A stretch of DNA of 64,000 bases, from assembly GCF_008831285.2 (NCBI RefSeq), contig NC_045138.2, positions 1,364,001 to 1,428,000 of the forward strand, written 5' to 3'. The notes beneath the pieces were generated by a model, which saw only the letters and a list, made by a program, of their open reading frames with translations, was not told the origin of the DNA and ran no database searches. Below, in pieces: positions 52,201 through 64,000 of the stretch. Position 1 is the stretch's first letter; the number at the start of each line of letters is the position of its first letter. The translations under genes and the position numbers were made by a program. Source of the DNA: Nymphaea colorata (Eukaryota).

Positions 52201-55200
52201 TGTTCATTAACCCAATCTCTGCTTGAATAGAGATTCGTAAAAAATTACAAAGCCATCCTCCTTATTACAGGAAAATGGTAAAAATGCCACTTAATAAAAT
52301 TTCTGCTAATTAACACCTAGTGTTAAGTATTTCTTTTAACGACCACAAACTTATTTCTCTCAACAAAATCTATGAATGTGAAGAAGTTAAGTGAATAATT
52401 TAATTGTTCAAGAATTTAAATTGGAGTGTTGTTTAATATTTAATGTGAAGATATAACATTCTGTTGACTGCCTATTTCAGCTTTCAGTTGCTTTGAAATT
52501 ACAGTTTTTCTTATCTGCTTCTGCTTAGACCTTTTCAAACTTTTCAGTGCTATTGAAGATGTTATTGGAAGGTTTGCTCAATTAACCCCTCAAGAGCGAG
52601 CAAAAAGGTTTGGATCATCTTGTCATAAGGAATAGCTTCTTTTCTTTCTTAATTCAGATTTAGATGATTATTGAATTGCTTTCTTTCCTTTGCTGGCAGC
52701 AGGAAGTTGGAGAGCCTGGAAGTACGATAATTCATTTCTTTCTTTTGTCTTAACTGCAATGTTTTGGAATTTGTTTGTTACATTGAATTGAAAACATAGC
52801 CACAAATATTGTTATATTTTCGAAAATATCTTGATATTAATGAAAAAAGGGAAAAATTTGTGATATTTTGAAAAAAAAAATGAAAAAAATCAACTTGTCA
52901 TGATTTTGTTGCGATTTTTCATTTATTTTTTATTTCATTTTCTATTTTCATTTTCTTCAACTTTTGTTTTATTGTTTTATTTCCTCTTTTTTTAGGTATT
53001 TAACGTGGCCTCTTAGATGGGACACAATACTTATTACTTTATCATTTTATCTTTTTAATTAGATGTTTTTTTGTATTCTTATTAGTTTTTCATTTATTGT
53101 ATTTTTCCTTAACATTTTGATTTTTTTTGTTTTTTTTAATTCTGAGATTTTCCCCCCAAAAAAAAATTTGAAGAAAAATACCCGGGAAAACCTCGCTGAT
53201 AAAAGACCGAGAATGATATTTGTGGCTATGATTGAAAATTGGCATATTGTTTCGTAATAGTAAAATACAAGCTTGTGATACCTTAGGCACTTAAGAAGAC
53301 CTTCAAGAAGTTGGACCATGAAGTAAATATTCAAGACTTCTTGTGCACAAGGTGCAAACTAATTCCTTCACTGATTTTTTCTGCTTCCATTTTTTATGTG
53401 TAAATCAACTAGTAAAGTAATCGATGTTTCTTTTCTTTTGGTTATGCAGCTCGCCAACGGCGGAGGTATGCACTAATCACTATTGTTTAGGATATTTGTT
53501 GTGGTTCATACGTGCGTTCCTCTTTTATATTGTGACGTGGAATTTGTTTCTTTAATACAACAGGAGTTGAATAACCAGCTAAAGATGTTGCAAGCACGCT
53601 CATCTGAGTTGAACAAGAGATTAAGGTTTTATCTCTATTTTAGGTTGTTGTTGTTCTCTCATTCTATTCATGTACCCCAGACACCTTGTTTATGATACAG
53701 CCATCGAGTATGTCCTTGCAATTTGTTCATATGTCCTAACTCAAGTTGAAGGACCGCTAACAATATTGTTGTAATTTTACAGCTACTGGGTTGACCCAGA
53801 CAAGATCAGCAGTTCTGACAGAATTAGAGCAATGCATGAGTCTCTGAAAGAAGCTTTAAGACAGCTTCATACCTGCAAGGCATGCACATTCACGTTTTGT
53901 AGTCTTAATTTTGACTCTTTACTGCTTCTTAGGTGTTCAGTGTTTGCATGAACAATTAAGACATTTTCATTTTTTTAGAGTATAATGGTGCTCTACTAGT
54001 AAGGCTTACTGGCATTGCATTGCTATGACAGAAAAAAATAATGTTTCTTTTGAGAAAGATAATTGTCATAAATTTTTATTAATATTAGTCTAACATAATT
54101 CATATAACTTTCCTTTGATTAGGTCGTCAACCAGAGGTCATAGGCTTGTTAAAAGTTAAAACTGAATTTCTTGGTTTTGTTCCTTTTGTGTTTTGTGTAT
54201 TCGCTTAGCAATAAAATTATTCTCTTTCAAGACCATGATTCTTTTTAAGAAGGATCACTCATGAATGGTACTTCTTCCCCCTGGCAGGAAAATTTGAAAA
54301 AGCAACAGTTTTTGCCAGTAGAATGCAGTAATCAGGTAACTGTTGATGTTTCTGTCTGTTGGATGGCTAAATTCTTCAGCAGCATGAGATTTCAATTAAC
54401 ACTTTCTTTTTTCTGGGATAGTTTGAGAGTGGAATACATTTGCCTTTGGGTTTGACCACTGAACAACAAGGCAACTCTTTATGTTGGCTTCCAAATCAAG
54501 ATGCAACACAGCTAATGTTGAATGAGGATCCACACTTGGTATTAGGACCACGGTGAGTAGTTATTAATTATTAGTCATGTAGACTTCGTACCATTTGTCT
54601 TGCCAGTCCTTTTATGCTGTTGCCGATGAGCTGATCTTGAGTTGCTACTTGTGAGGAACAACATCGATTACTAATTATTTTCCAAAATGTTAGATAACTG
54701 AAACAAGTTCACCTTGCATATTTTAAAATTAGAATAACCTGTGAAATGATTTCTCAAGATTAATCAGTCAGTTCAGGATTGTATAACATCTGGAATTCCT
54801 GGAATCTTAGTTATCAACTTAAGGAGTTGTCAATCTGACGAGTCACCTAGTTATCCTAGGGATTACTGAACCACCTAGTCCCTAGGTAATAGTTGGTTGG
54901 GCCCATGGTAGGGACTAGTTGACTGACTTGGTTGGCTAGTGAGCAACTAATTGACTGACTCATCCCCAAAGTGAGCTTTTTCAGAGAAACTACATTTTGA
55001 ATCAGAGCAAAGTTTCCTTTTCTTTTTACTAGCTTTCACTTCTCCTGCCTTCGACCTCTGTTTTTCAATAAGTTTTCCTTTAAAGTTTAATCTATTTTCT
55101 GTATTTCTCCCTCTGTGTGTCGGATATATATATATATGTATATGTATGTATGTATATCCTACAGATTCTGTGTTAATGTATAAAAACATGTATATATACA

Positions 55201-57840
55201 TGTATTCTGTATATTCTTTGTTTGCATGCATGTACATATGTGTGTTTATATATATGTATATATGTCCCCATGTATCTGCAGAATAGATTTACGAGGTATT
55301 TTATATTTTCTTTACATCTTAGGTTTCAATTTATTGTTATGTGATGCTATGTGTGATCAATGAACTATGTGGTTGATGTGATGTTTTGCATAACAATGTT
55401 TTTCTACTGCGAATGTGCGTCTTTGAGCCTCTTTTGACTAGTCTCAAGACTCTCAACTAGCCTTTTTAAGGCGCTAACCAAGTTGAATCTGACTTGCGAT
55501 GTCTGGAACTCTGATTAGTGGCATCTCACCTGCTTCATGTTCTCCTGCATTGAACCATATGCCATGTTTATCTGGAACATAGGGGTATTCCAAATTTGTA
55601 ATTAGATTTCCTGCAAAAGTTAAGCCTTCGTCAACAAGGTTGAAGAAACCATTACTAGTCTTTTATGGATTATTAGACCATAATGCCATATTATGTAATT
55701 CATGCAACTCTTCAAGTCCACAAATGACCTCTCTTTTGGCTTAAAACATGTTACTCGTATTGAATTACAGAAGTAGTAAATCCTGTATTCTGAAACAAGT
55801 AGCTGCGAATTTGTTTCCCCTGTAGAGAAGTTGAGTGCTCCTCAGAAGCTCCTTTTCCAAGCTTTTCTTCTTATTTGGAAATGGGAAAGCATATAGAGAT
55901 GGAACAGCCAAGGTCATGTGATACACTGAACGAGGTAAACAGAAGCTCATGCCTCAGTTTGCAACTTGGAGCTTTTTACCCTTACCACCCATATAACCAG
56001 AATCATGATTTTCTTGGAGAAAAGAAGTTCAAGGATGAAATGGAGATGAACATTCAAGGTTCATCAATGGATTATCGAGTTCCTAACTTTGGAACACCGA
56101 GTTATGACAATAACATGAGCAATTGGGCTTCCACATCTGACAATTGTGCAGTTTCACTTTTTGATGAGAACTCGTTCCAGGTCAGTGTTTGATGCTATAT
56201 TCATTCAATCATCTTGTGCTCATTATTCTCCTATGGAAAATAAGTTTGAATCATGGATGCTTGATGGCTTTGAATTTTGTTTTTTGAGTGTATATTATGC
56301 ATGTGCTTGTGCTGCAGTGGAACTTATTTTGTTTGCTTAACTGGATATTATTTTACATTTGCAATGGATGTCAGCAGTATCATATTAGTTTCTCTTATAC
56401 TTTCAGTGTATTGCACAATATAATACGATCTATTGATCACTCTGTCTTTTTACCAGATCAGTTTGGAGAGTAACTGCTTTAGTTCCAAGAAAATGTGTTA
56501 AATATCCTTGGTTAAACATCTCAAAATATTGTTATAGGGACTCTTTTTCCATTCTTGCTGCTTCCTTTAATGATTTACATATGCAAGTAAAAATGATAAT
56601 GGTTCTATTGTACGAGTATTCTTAACAAGAGAAGTCGTGCCAGTCTAGGAAGATTCATGTCTAAAGTTAAGCACCAATTTGCTAGCTCCATCAAACCAAG
56701 CTCTAGGAATTTGTTCAAAGCCATACTAAATTTTCTTTGACGAAAGCATCTAGTATCGGGAACTTACTTCCCTAGAAGGGCAACTAGTTTCTCTGTCTGT
56801 TGCTTTTAGTTTTGATGTTGAACACACATACCTGTCCTACTGCTTTCACTCTTGTTAGTAGCGTTTGGAATCTTAATCACGTGTCTATATCCTACTATTT
56901 TCTTTTCCAATGGTAGAGATCGGGATTTCATTTCTTGCACATTTCTGAAGCACTGAATTCGACATTCAGAGTGTTTACTTATTTAGGACATTGGTTGAGT
57001 TCATGATAGATTTTAGTTTCAAATTACGAGTATTTCTGGAGGATACATGTAAGAGGAAAAAATCATATAATACAAAAATAGTCAAGAGATTCAATTACCC
57101 TGTAGGATTACCGGTTTTGAAATTCTGGGTTTTCATTGGTACGACTTTCTCCCTATTTTTATGACTAAAGTTCTTGCTTCTAACTGTGGCCCAACATAGG
57201 ACTATGAAATGTCAATAATCTGGAAACATTATTCAGTATGTGAAGCATTTAATTGCTGGATTTGGTCAGTGTGATTAAGGTGGTTTTTTTCACATGAAGC
57301 ACTTCCTCATGTAACAACTCGATACAATGTGCAGCCCTGTTCTGTTAGGTCATAAAAAAGCATATTTTACATGTTTTTTTGCAAGTTAATCTTGACTTGT
57401 GTTGTGTAAACGGCCAAATGATTGCATGAGGATTAGAATTTCTAGTTCGTAGGAATTTTGACCGCTTGTCTCTTACAAGGATTGCTACTTGTGACATGGG
57501 GGAGTAACCATGTTATGATACCTCTTGGAGAGAAATTTTGACTCATCAACGTATGGAATATTCAGTCCAATCTTTAGATCTTTGTTCCCGAACCTGTTTC
57601 TGTGCTATATTTCGGTGGCTGCTCTTTATACATTCCTATTTGGAAAGCTTTGGCTCTCATACCCAATAATTCTCCTGAATCATTCCGAAAGAGAATGCTT
57701 AGGAGATTTTGAGTGATATCCGAAATGCCACTGCTGCAGTTCCTTTTCAAACAAGTCAATATTCTGTCTGTCCTGAGACATGTTAAGCTTTCCATATTTT
57801 TGAGATTGTTTGAATGTTTTGGCAGCAACAGCAAAACTGA
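49203..57840 (+). CDS. AGL65: MIKC* MADS-box transcription factor, P-clade (AGL30/65/94-like), 350 aa; exons 49203-49387, 52548-52607, 52703-52721, 53287-53351, 53450-53465, 53564-53625, 53783-53879, 54288-54335, 54422-54552, 55826-56180, 57826-57840
   Basis: MADS domain [25 protein letters not shown]...[24 protein letters not shown] motifs [48 protein letters not shown] and [14 protein letters not shown]. Exon lengths sum to 1053 nt in frame. The last micro-exon (QQQN*) is the least certain. Confidence 0.92.
49935..50781. repeat. Pair of degenerate ~200-bp direct repeats (49935-50137, 50591-50781) in MADS intron 1
   Basis: Shared agaaaaagagtaag..., gttatcaactttt(g/a)gagccag and cagcagtgaaataa. 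Confidence 0.7.
51360..51688. repeat. ~100-bp tandem repeat, 3 units plus a partial, in MADS intron 1
   Basis: tttgaggtaa...ttcctatt...tac...tgttt.aa..taataaacta recurs at about 51361, 51461 and 51567, with a partial unit ending 51688. Confidence 0.85.
52795..53230. mobile_element. hAT-type MITE in MADS intron 3
   Basis: Perfect 15-bp TIR catagccacaaatat / atatttgtggctatg. Perfect 8-bp TSD attgaaaa at 52787-52794 and 53231-53238. Confidence 0.92.
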
Positions 57841-58573
57841 ACGACCGGCATAGCTTTCTGCCGCCTTCAGAGGTAGCTCTTGTAGATTGCTTACTCCCCG
57901 GATGGAGGTCAATCAAATGTACAGTGCGTTATCAAAAAGTGATCATAATAGCTGAATTGTATTCTTATCAACGTGCTGTTGAAGGCCAGCAAGAGTGGGC
58001 GCATGTAATGACTACTCAACTACATTGTTATATATGTATGCTTCATACATCTCGTTTTAGAACATGGGTGCGGCACAGGGTTGTGGACAGTGAAGTAAAG
58101 GTGCCAGAGTTGTTGAACATCAACCTTCACTGTAGAAAAGTCTTTGTTTTCCTTCCCTGTGAATGTAAAACCCTATTAATCCCGGGTACATGTCCTGTAA
58201 AGGAGGGTTGTCTTCATTCTCCAAGTGACATGAAGTTTACAATTTTTTTTTTGTAAGGGCAAGTTGCTCATCTATGAATAAGGCATATTTGGGTTCCCAT
58301 TTTTTGGATTCAACAAGTTGTAATAATTTTTCCTTCTCATTTGAGTTCCTTAATTGCAGGATGAAAGTGGTTAGAGTTTATGCAACAGAATCAGGGTGAT
58401 TTCTCTTGTAATGTTGTCCTGATTGCGAATTTTATTCTTAGTCTAAGGTTCCCCAGAACTCCCTTGAGGATGAATGACAACTTATTCTTAACTCATTTAA
58501 TTGGAAGCTCTATAGTATGAATGACAACTTTTCCAATAGCTAGGCACGGAAAATCCCTTCATTCTTTTGTTTG

Positions 58574-58810
58574 TAGGGGTGTACATGAGCCCAGTCAAGC
58601 TTGAGCTGGCCCAACGTGAACTTTGTTTGACTCATTTATTGTTTGGCTTGAGTTCAAGATGAGCTTTACAAGGTCAGCTCAAGCTAGACTCAATAGACTG
58701 TGTTGGAGCTTAAGCCTGACTCCTTTAAGCTCATGAATTGTAACCTAACTGACCTTGAGTTCGGTAATATTTTAGATCGACTCAAGCTTGATAGCAAGCT
58801 AAGCTGACTC
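58574..58810. mobile_element. hAT-type MITE fragment (TAGGGGTGTACA end, gagctt/caagct repeats)
   Basis: One terminus plus repeated aagcttga/gagct motifs. Related sequence near 13720-14012. Right end not defined. Confidence 0.45.
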
Positions 58811-58978
58811 CAGCATTACATAAAGCTATTGTTGGATGACAAGAAAAGCAAAAATTTATTGCTAAAAAACAGTTATAATAGGAACATTAACACATTAACC
58901 ATCATTTGTGGTGCAAATTGTTCATGGAGCTTTTAGCAATAGGTTATGGTGCTTTTAGCAAACAATTTGAATTATATA

Positions 58979-59009
<31 letters not shown>

Positions 59010-60684
59010 GTATAGTAGAGGGAGAGAAAAACATTGAAATGATGTGCCATAAGTTTTCCTATATTTCTTACTTTGAAACTATCAGATCAAGTGGATTAAA
59101 TAACTAAAGCTTTTGATAAATGTGATTTACTTTATGCTTTAGTATAATAAAATTTGGAAAACATTAAATATCTTCAAGGTGTAAATAAGAAAACTAGCAG
59201 TATGAAATCAAATGCCTTACTATGCGTAGAAGTTGTTGACTCAAAACATGAATTATGGTTAAAAAATCATGTTGGATCTATTCATAATTTTATATCATCA
59301 AATTAAGTAAAAACATCGCCGTTTAGTTTGGAGCATACGAAAATCATCACACTTTAAGACTATTTATTTATTATTTCTGTTATTTTTCTTTTTCTAGTTT
59401 GCGTCCGTCCATTTATCTTGCCTTCTAGTCCTCTTGGTTTTTTAGTACTATAAATGGTAATATTCTCTATAAACTCAATTGTATAGATAGATGTAAAATG
59501 TTAAAATTTATAAAACGTAAAAAACAGTGAAAATCGAATGTATAAATTAGGTTTTATAATATTTTAAAAATTAACAAGCTCATAAATCAATTTAAACATC
59601 GAGCTATCATTTTCTTATTTATTTTAAATTTATTCCTATAGTTAATATATGAAAAATAGCTTAATTTAGATCCAGCAGATTACAAATATTAACAACTCTG
59701 GCCCATGCGTCAAGGTCTTTTTCTTCGAACTATTATTAAAGTGATATTTATTTAGTAAGAACACGAATTCAAACATGTGAAATAACATGATTTATTGATT
59801 TATCGAATTAGGTCCAACAATTGAGGTGAACATTTTGAATATTTGTCGAGATTCCAATACCATTTTTAATTTGGTTCAGATTGTGCTAACTGATCCTGAT
59901 TCCTCTCTACCTCGTCTGTCGGATCTCATCAGAATCACCATAGCCTACTGCCTCATGCAAAAAAATTGCACCCGGAATCAGATGTGTCAAGTTTGACCCG
60001 GTTCACTCTCACCATGTGCGGCTTCACATTGTCAACTCTGGAAACCCAAACCCTGCAGAGGAAGCTAAACCTTCTGCTTCCTCGTCGCCCATTGGAAGAT
60101 CTCACCGTCGGATTTTCGTGTTCCTGCCCCACTCACGTCGAATTCCTCAATGCCAGCCTTTTATTTTTCCATCCTTGTTCTACAGAATTACCAATAAGAA
60201 ATGTGACTTCCTCTTTCTTGTGAAAATTGCAGGAATCAAGGATCTCTCTATGAGGATCTCAACCTCCCACTTGCTGGGTTTTGTTTATTTTGATCTTTTT
60301 CCCTCGAAAAAAGTCTGACGTTTTTCCCTCCTGAATTCTCTCGTGGGTACCGCTTTTTTTAGCTTAACTTTTGTTCTTAGTGATGATAGAGACAAAAATT
60401 TGTGCACCCATTTGAGATAGGAGGTTTTACGGTTATAGGTGCAATCATACGCTGATTCCCTTCCCCCAATTTTGCTCCCATTTTGGGTTTTGATTTGCAG
60501 TTAGATCTATTAGATTTCTGCTGCATCTCTGGATCATTTAAGCACTTCAAGTTTTGTTGATTACCAAGATCGACGCTTTAACAGATCTCCTTTTTTTGGT
60601 GCTCTTTACTCAAACTGACTATTGACCAATCGAGGTATTCGAGTTTCTAATTTGCTGCTATTTTAGTCGAGTTCAAATGCTAGT

Positions 60685-63600
60685 ATGAGTCAGTCATTTG
60701 GCCAAGGAAGCCCTAAATCCTTCCCTGCTTACCCGAGGGGTGGCGAGTTCGATTTGGAGTCCGGGATTAGCAAGAAATCAAGGAGGCCCAAAAATTCTCG
60801 TCCTGAATTGTTCAAAATGATCAAATCGATCGGCCATCGTCTTCATTATCACTATAAACTGCACCCTCTTTTTGTGTTTCTCGTCTCTCTGGCTACCGGG
60901 CTTGGAATTATCATTGTCCTAGCAGTGTATGAGAACCGATTCAGGGGCATGGGCTTTCAAAACAAATTCGAACTGGATTCCACCGTGTATCCTTATCCGG
61001 ATCTCAGGAATCTTGTGATGGTGGCGGGGCATTCGGTGTATACTAGTACCAGTTGTGAGAAGGTTGATGGAGAGAACTCATGGTTTCTGGAGTCGTATCA
61101 GAAGCATCCAGGGCAGGCTGCCACCTTTTTGCAGCATATTAGAGAGGGAGTTGAGATCGCAGCGAAAGATAAAAATGCATTGCTGTTATTCAGTGGTGGA
61201 GAGACCCGCAAGGACGCTGGGCCTCGTAGTGAAGCTCAGAGCTACTGGAGTGTTGCAGATTCCAAAGGCTGGTTTGGTGAGTCAACACCTTCCTTGGTGC
61301 CCTCTTATTCACATCCCTATTTATCATGTCCTTTCTAAGATGGTAAATCTGCGAATGTTTTTATACATAGTGGTTCCTCCAAGTTATAGCTTCGAAATTA
61401 GTCACTTGTTCTCAGTGAATGTTAATTTACATTCACGTGAAAAGAATAATCACAATTTTGTTGGTTTATAACTTATTCTGTTTCTAAAGTTTTCTCCAAG
61501 TGGACTGTTCTGTTCGAAGCATAGATGGTCACTTGTTCAGTTGGGAAGTAGCAGGAGCCGCAACTTTATTCTGTATATGCTCTTCTTTATCTTCTAGGGA
61601 TGCTCATATTGATGGTCTGAGACTGCCAACTGGAAATATGATGCTGTCGTGGTTTTGTAGAAGAGCTGGCTAGTCGCTGAAATGAGTGGAATACCATGAT
61701 TCTAGTGAACTGATGTACGATTCATAGTCCTTTGCATTATTTATGATTAGTTGCTTCTCATCTACATGTCTGCCACATTTACATCTAGATGTAACTAATA
61801 CTTCGGCTTCTGTACTAAATTGAATGTCATTTTGACATGGCAGTCAATACTCGACCCTGGAATCAGCTGCCTGACTTATCATACGTAGTGATTCTAAATA
61901 TACTATGCATGTAATTTGAAATCTCAATCTAAAAACATGTTCAAGCAATAACTATCTATGCAAATAATTTGAAATTGAAATCTTATAATCATGTTCAAGT
62001 AACTATTGGATTCCTTTTCCTTTCAAAGGTTACTGTGCAGATACCTTGGAAAAAAAGAATTTTAGCTTCATGCACATCTAAAATGTATTTCTATCCGTTG
62101 CTACCTTTTCTCCATAAGAAGACTAATGCAGAAATGCCACCAACAGAACGATGCTTGATCTGTATAAGGTGTTCAATGTATCTGTAACATTGTAGAAACT
62201 GGTTTCCTGTTTCAAAATGCAAGTCATGTTTAGAGTACATGTTTTCCACACCCAAAAAGTGGTGATGGCTACTCTGCAACACTTGTCTTTTCCTACTCTT
62301 GTAGTCTATCTTCAGTATCCAGTTCAGAACAAGCTTAAGTGGTGTAGTCGTATACCTAATCCCAGTGAGCCAACATCTTCTTGATTGACGTTATCTTTTG
62401 TTGGACTTTTGTTCTGAAGTTTTCCTTATTCATCGGATGATTTTCAGTTCAACACAGTTCAATATCTAAATGTGGTTGGTACTGAAGTGAGTTTATGGGC
62501 AAAATGAAACTCTTCGTTAAACCATCATTCTCACTTCTTGTTCTTTTGTTCTGTGCTTTTTTACATCCTCCCATATTTTTTTTCAGGTGAAAATATGGAA
62601 TATATATATATATATATATATTTAAATATAAATGCCTATCTTGTTATTGATACTTATCAAGGTCTGTCTCAACTATGTCTTTTAGTATTTTCATTGCACG
62701 ATTTTAGAGGAAGTGTTTTTTTCTTAAACTCTATAATCTATATCAACTAGAAATAAAAATACGAGGACACTGTATAATAATGTATTAGGTTTGGGCCATA
62801 TTACTCTTAGTCACATAAATAAATTTTGTAAGTTTTTTACTTTTTCATATAAAGAAATGTTGTAAGTTTTTTGTCAGCGAACTAATGAAAAATAGTTTAT
62901 ATTCAAATTACATGGAAATAGTTTTCTACAAATAGTCAGGTATTGTTGCTTTCTTTATATGTTGAAAAGAAAACATTCTGAAAATATCATGCCATTTTTC
63001 ATTTTTTTGCTGGATGCTGGGAAGCTAGGACCGTGGTGCTCTTATTTGCAGCTGTTTCATGTTAAAACAAGTGATATTATTGAATTGAACACCATGCAGT
63101 TGTCACATTGTAATTTCTTAATATTGTGCTTTCACAATTACTGTCACTGTTGGACCTTTGTATGCAATCTCTATTTATGCTTCATCTGCTACTTTTGAAA
63201 ACTTGATACATGTTATATCCTTTACAACGTCCAGAGAGATTGTTCCTCATCCTCATGTCATTTGCTTGTGTAATCCAAGTTTAAATGTGTTAATGCATGT
63301 GAATGATTGAGAATTCTGACTAAGAGTTTCTCAGTTTAACACCGCAATTGTCTGATGATCACACTCTTCAGTTCATTGAACTTATGTTTGCTGACCTTTC
63401 AGGTAATCAGGCAACTGTCAGATCAAAAGCACTTACCGAGGAGCATGCAAGAGATAGTTTTGAGAATCTTCTTTTTAGTGTCTGCCGATTTCGTGAACTT
63501 ACTGGTGTATATCCACAAAATATAACAGTAAGTTTAGCAGTCAGCTAACCTATTTTGTGACTATTGCATTTTCCTTTCCTTTGCATGAAGTCATCAAGAG

Positions 63601-64000
63601 GCTTGTCTGAATAGGCTAATATGCTCATGCTGGGCCCTTTATTTGGAAGAAAGGTGTATTTGAAGAAAATTTCGTATAGATAACAATGGTTTCACCTTTG
63701 TTTCTGATGAGGTCTCTCAGTTATGCTAGTGTGGTCGTCATGCTTAAGAGCAGAAAAACCTCTTAGATTTTATATCAAGTTAAAAATTCTTTTGCTTGTT
63801 TAGTTACTGTTCTGATGCAAACATTGAATTTCATCAGGTTGTGAGCTATGATTTTAAGGAGGAAAGATTTGCAGGCCTGCACCGTGCCGCAATCGGCTTT
63901 CCAGAAGCAAGGTTCTTCTACCTAGGTACTCCAGCTTCAGCTGCATCAAAAGATGGAGCCAAGAAGGGAGAAGCACTGGCAAGGGCTCAGTTTCAGCAAG
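60685..64000 (+). CDS. DUF218-like (Rossmann-like fold) membrane-anchored uncharacterised protein, 3'-incomplete; exons 60685-61276, 63403-63527, 63838->64000
   Basis: N-terminal TM ([21 protein letters not shown]). Motifs [43 protein letters not shown] and [13 protein letters not shown], typical of the family that includes S. pombe C57A10.07-like proteins as I recall it. GT-AG introns in frame. Confidence 0.88.

Noticed and set aside
57810..58256. 148-aa plus-strand ORF
   Set aside because: Overlaps the MADS terminal exon and 3' UTR in another frame, has a non-ATG start, and no homology is evident.

Overview
AT-rich, intron-containing flowering-plant genomic DNA with abundant (CT/GA)n and (TA)n microsatellites and many MITEs. 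Four protein-coding genes can be reconstructed from splice signals and reading frame. (1) An LRR-XI receptor kinase of the RGI/RCH1 type (+, 24131-27770, 2 exons, 1107 aa). (2) A 9-exon thioredoxin-fold AhpC/TSA-like CxxC protein (-, 44944-36013, 187 aa) that appears to lack an N-terminal targeting extension and has a degraded Ty1/copia element in intron 6. (3) An 11-exon P-clade MIKC* MADS-box gene (+, 49203-57840, 350 aa) with one GC-AG intron. (4) A DUF218-like membrane-anchored protein (+, from 60685, running off the right edge). The most unusual observation is an isolated 32-codon exon (46740-46835) that matches the first coding exon of plant Yippee/YPEL zinc-binding proteins. It has no recognisable downstream Yippee exons, lies upstream of the MADS gene, and would splice in frame to the MADS start exon across a single TAG. 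Also notable are a ~330-370 bp near-identical inverted duplication (342-716 / 3357-3682), a Harbinger-type MITE filled with hairpin tandem repeats, and an orphan 70-aa ORF at 29761-29973. The first 23 kb is mostly repeats. All family assignments come from motif recognition, not database searches.
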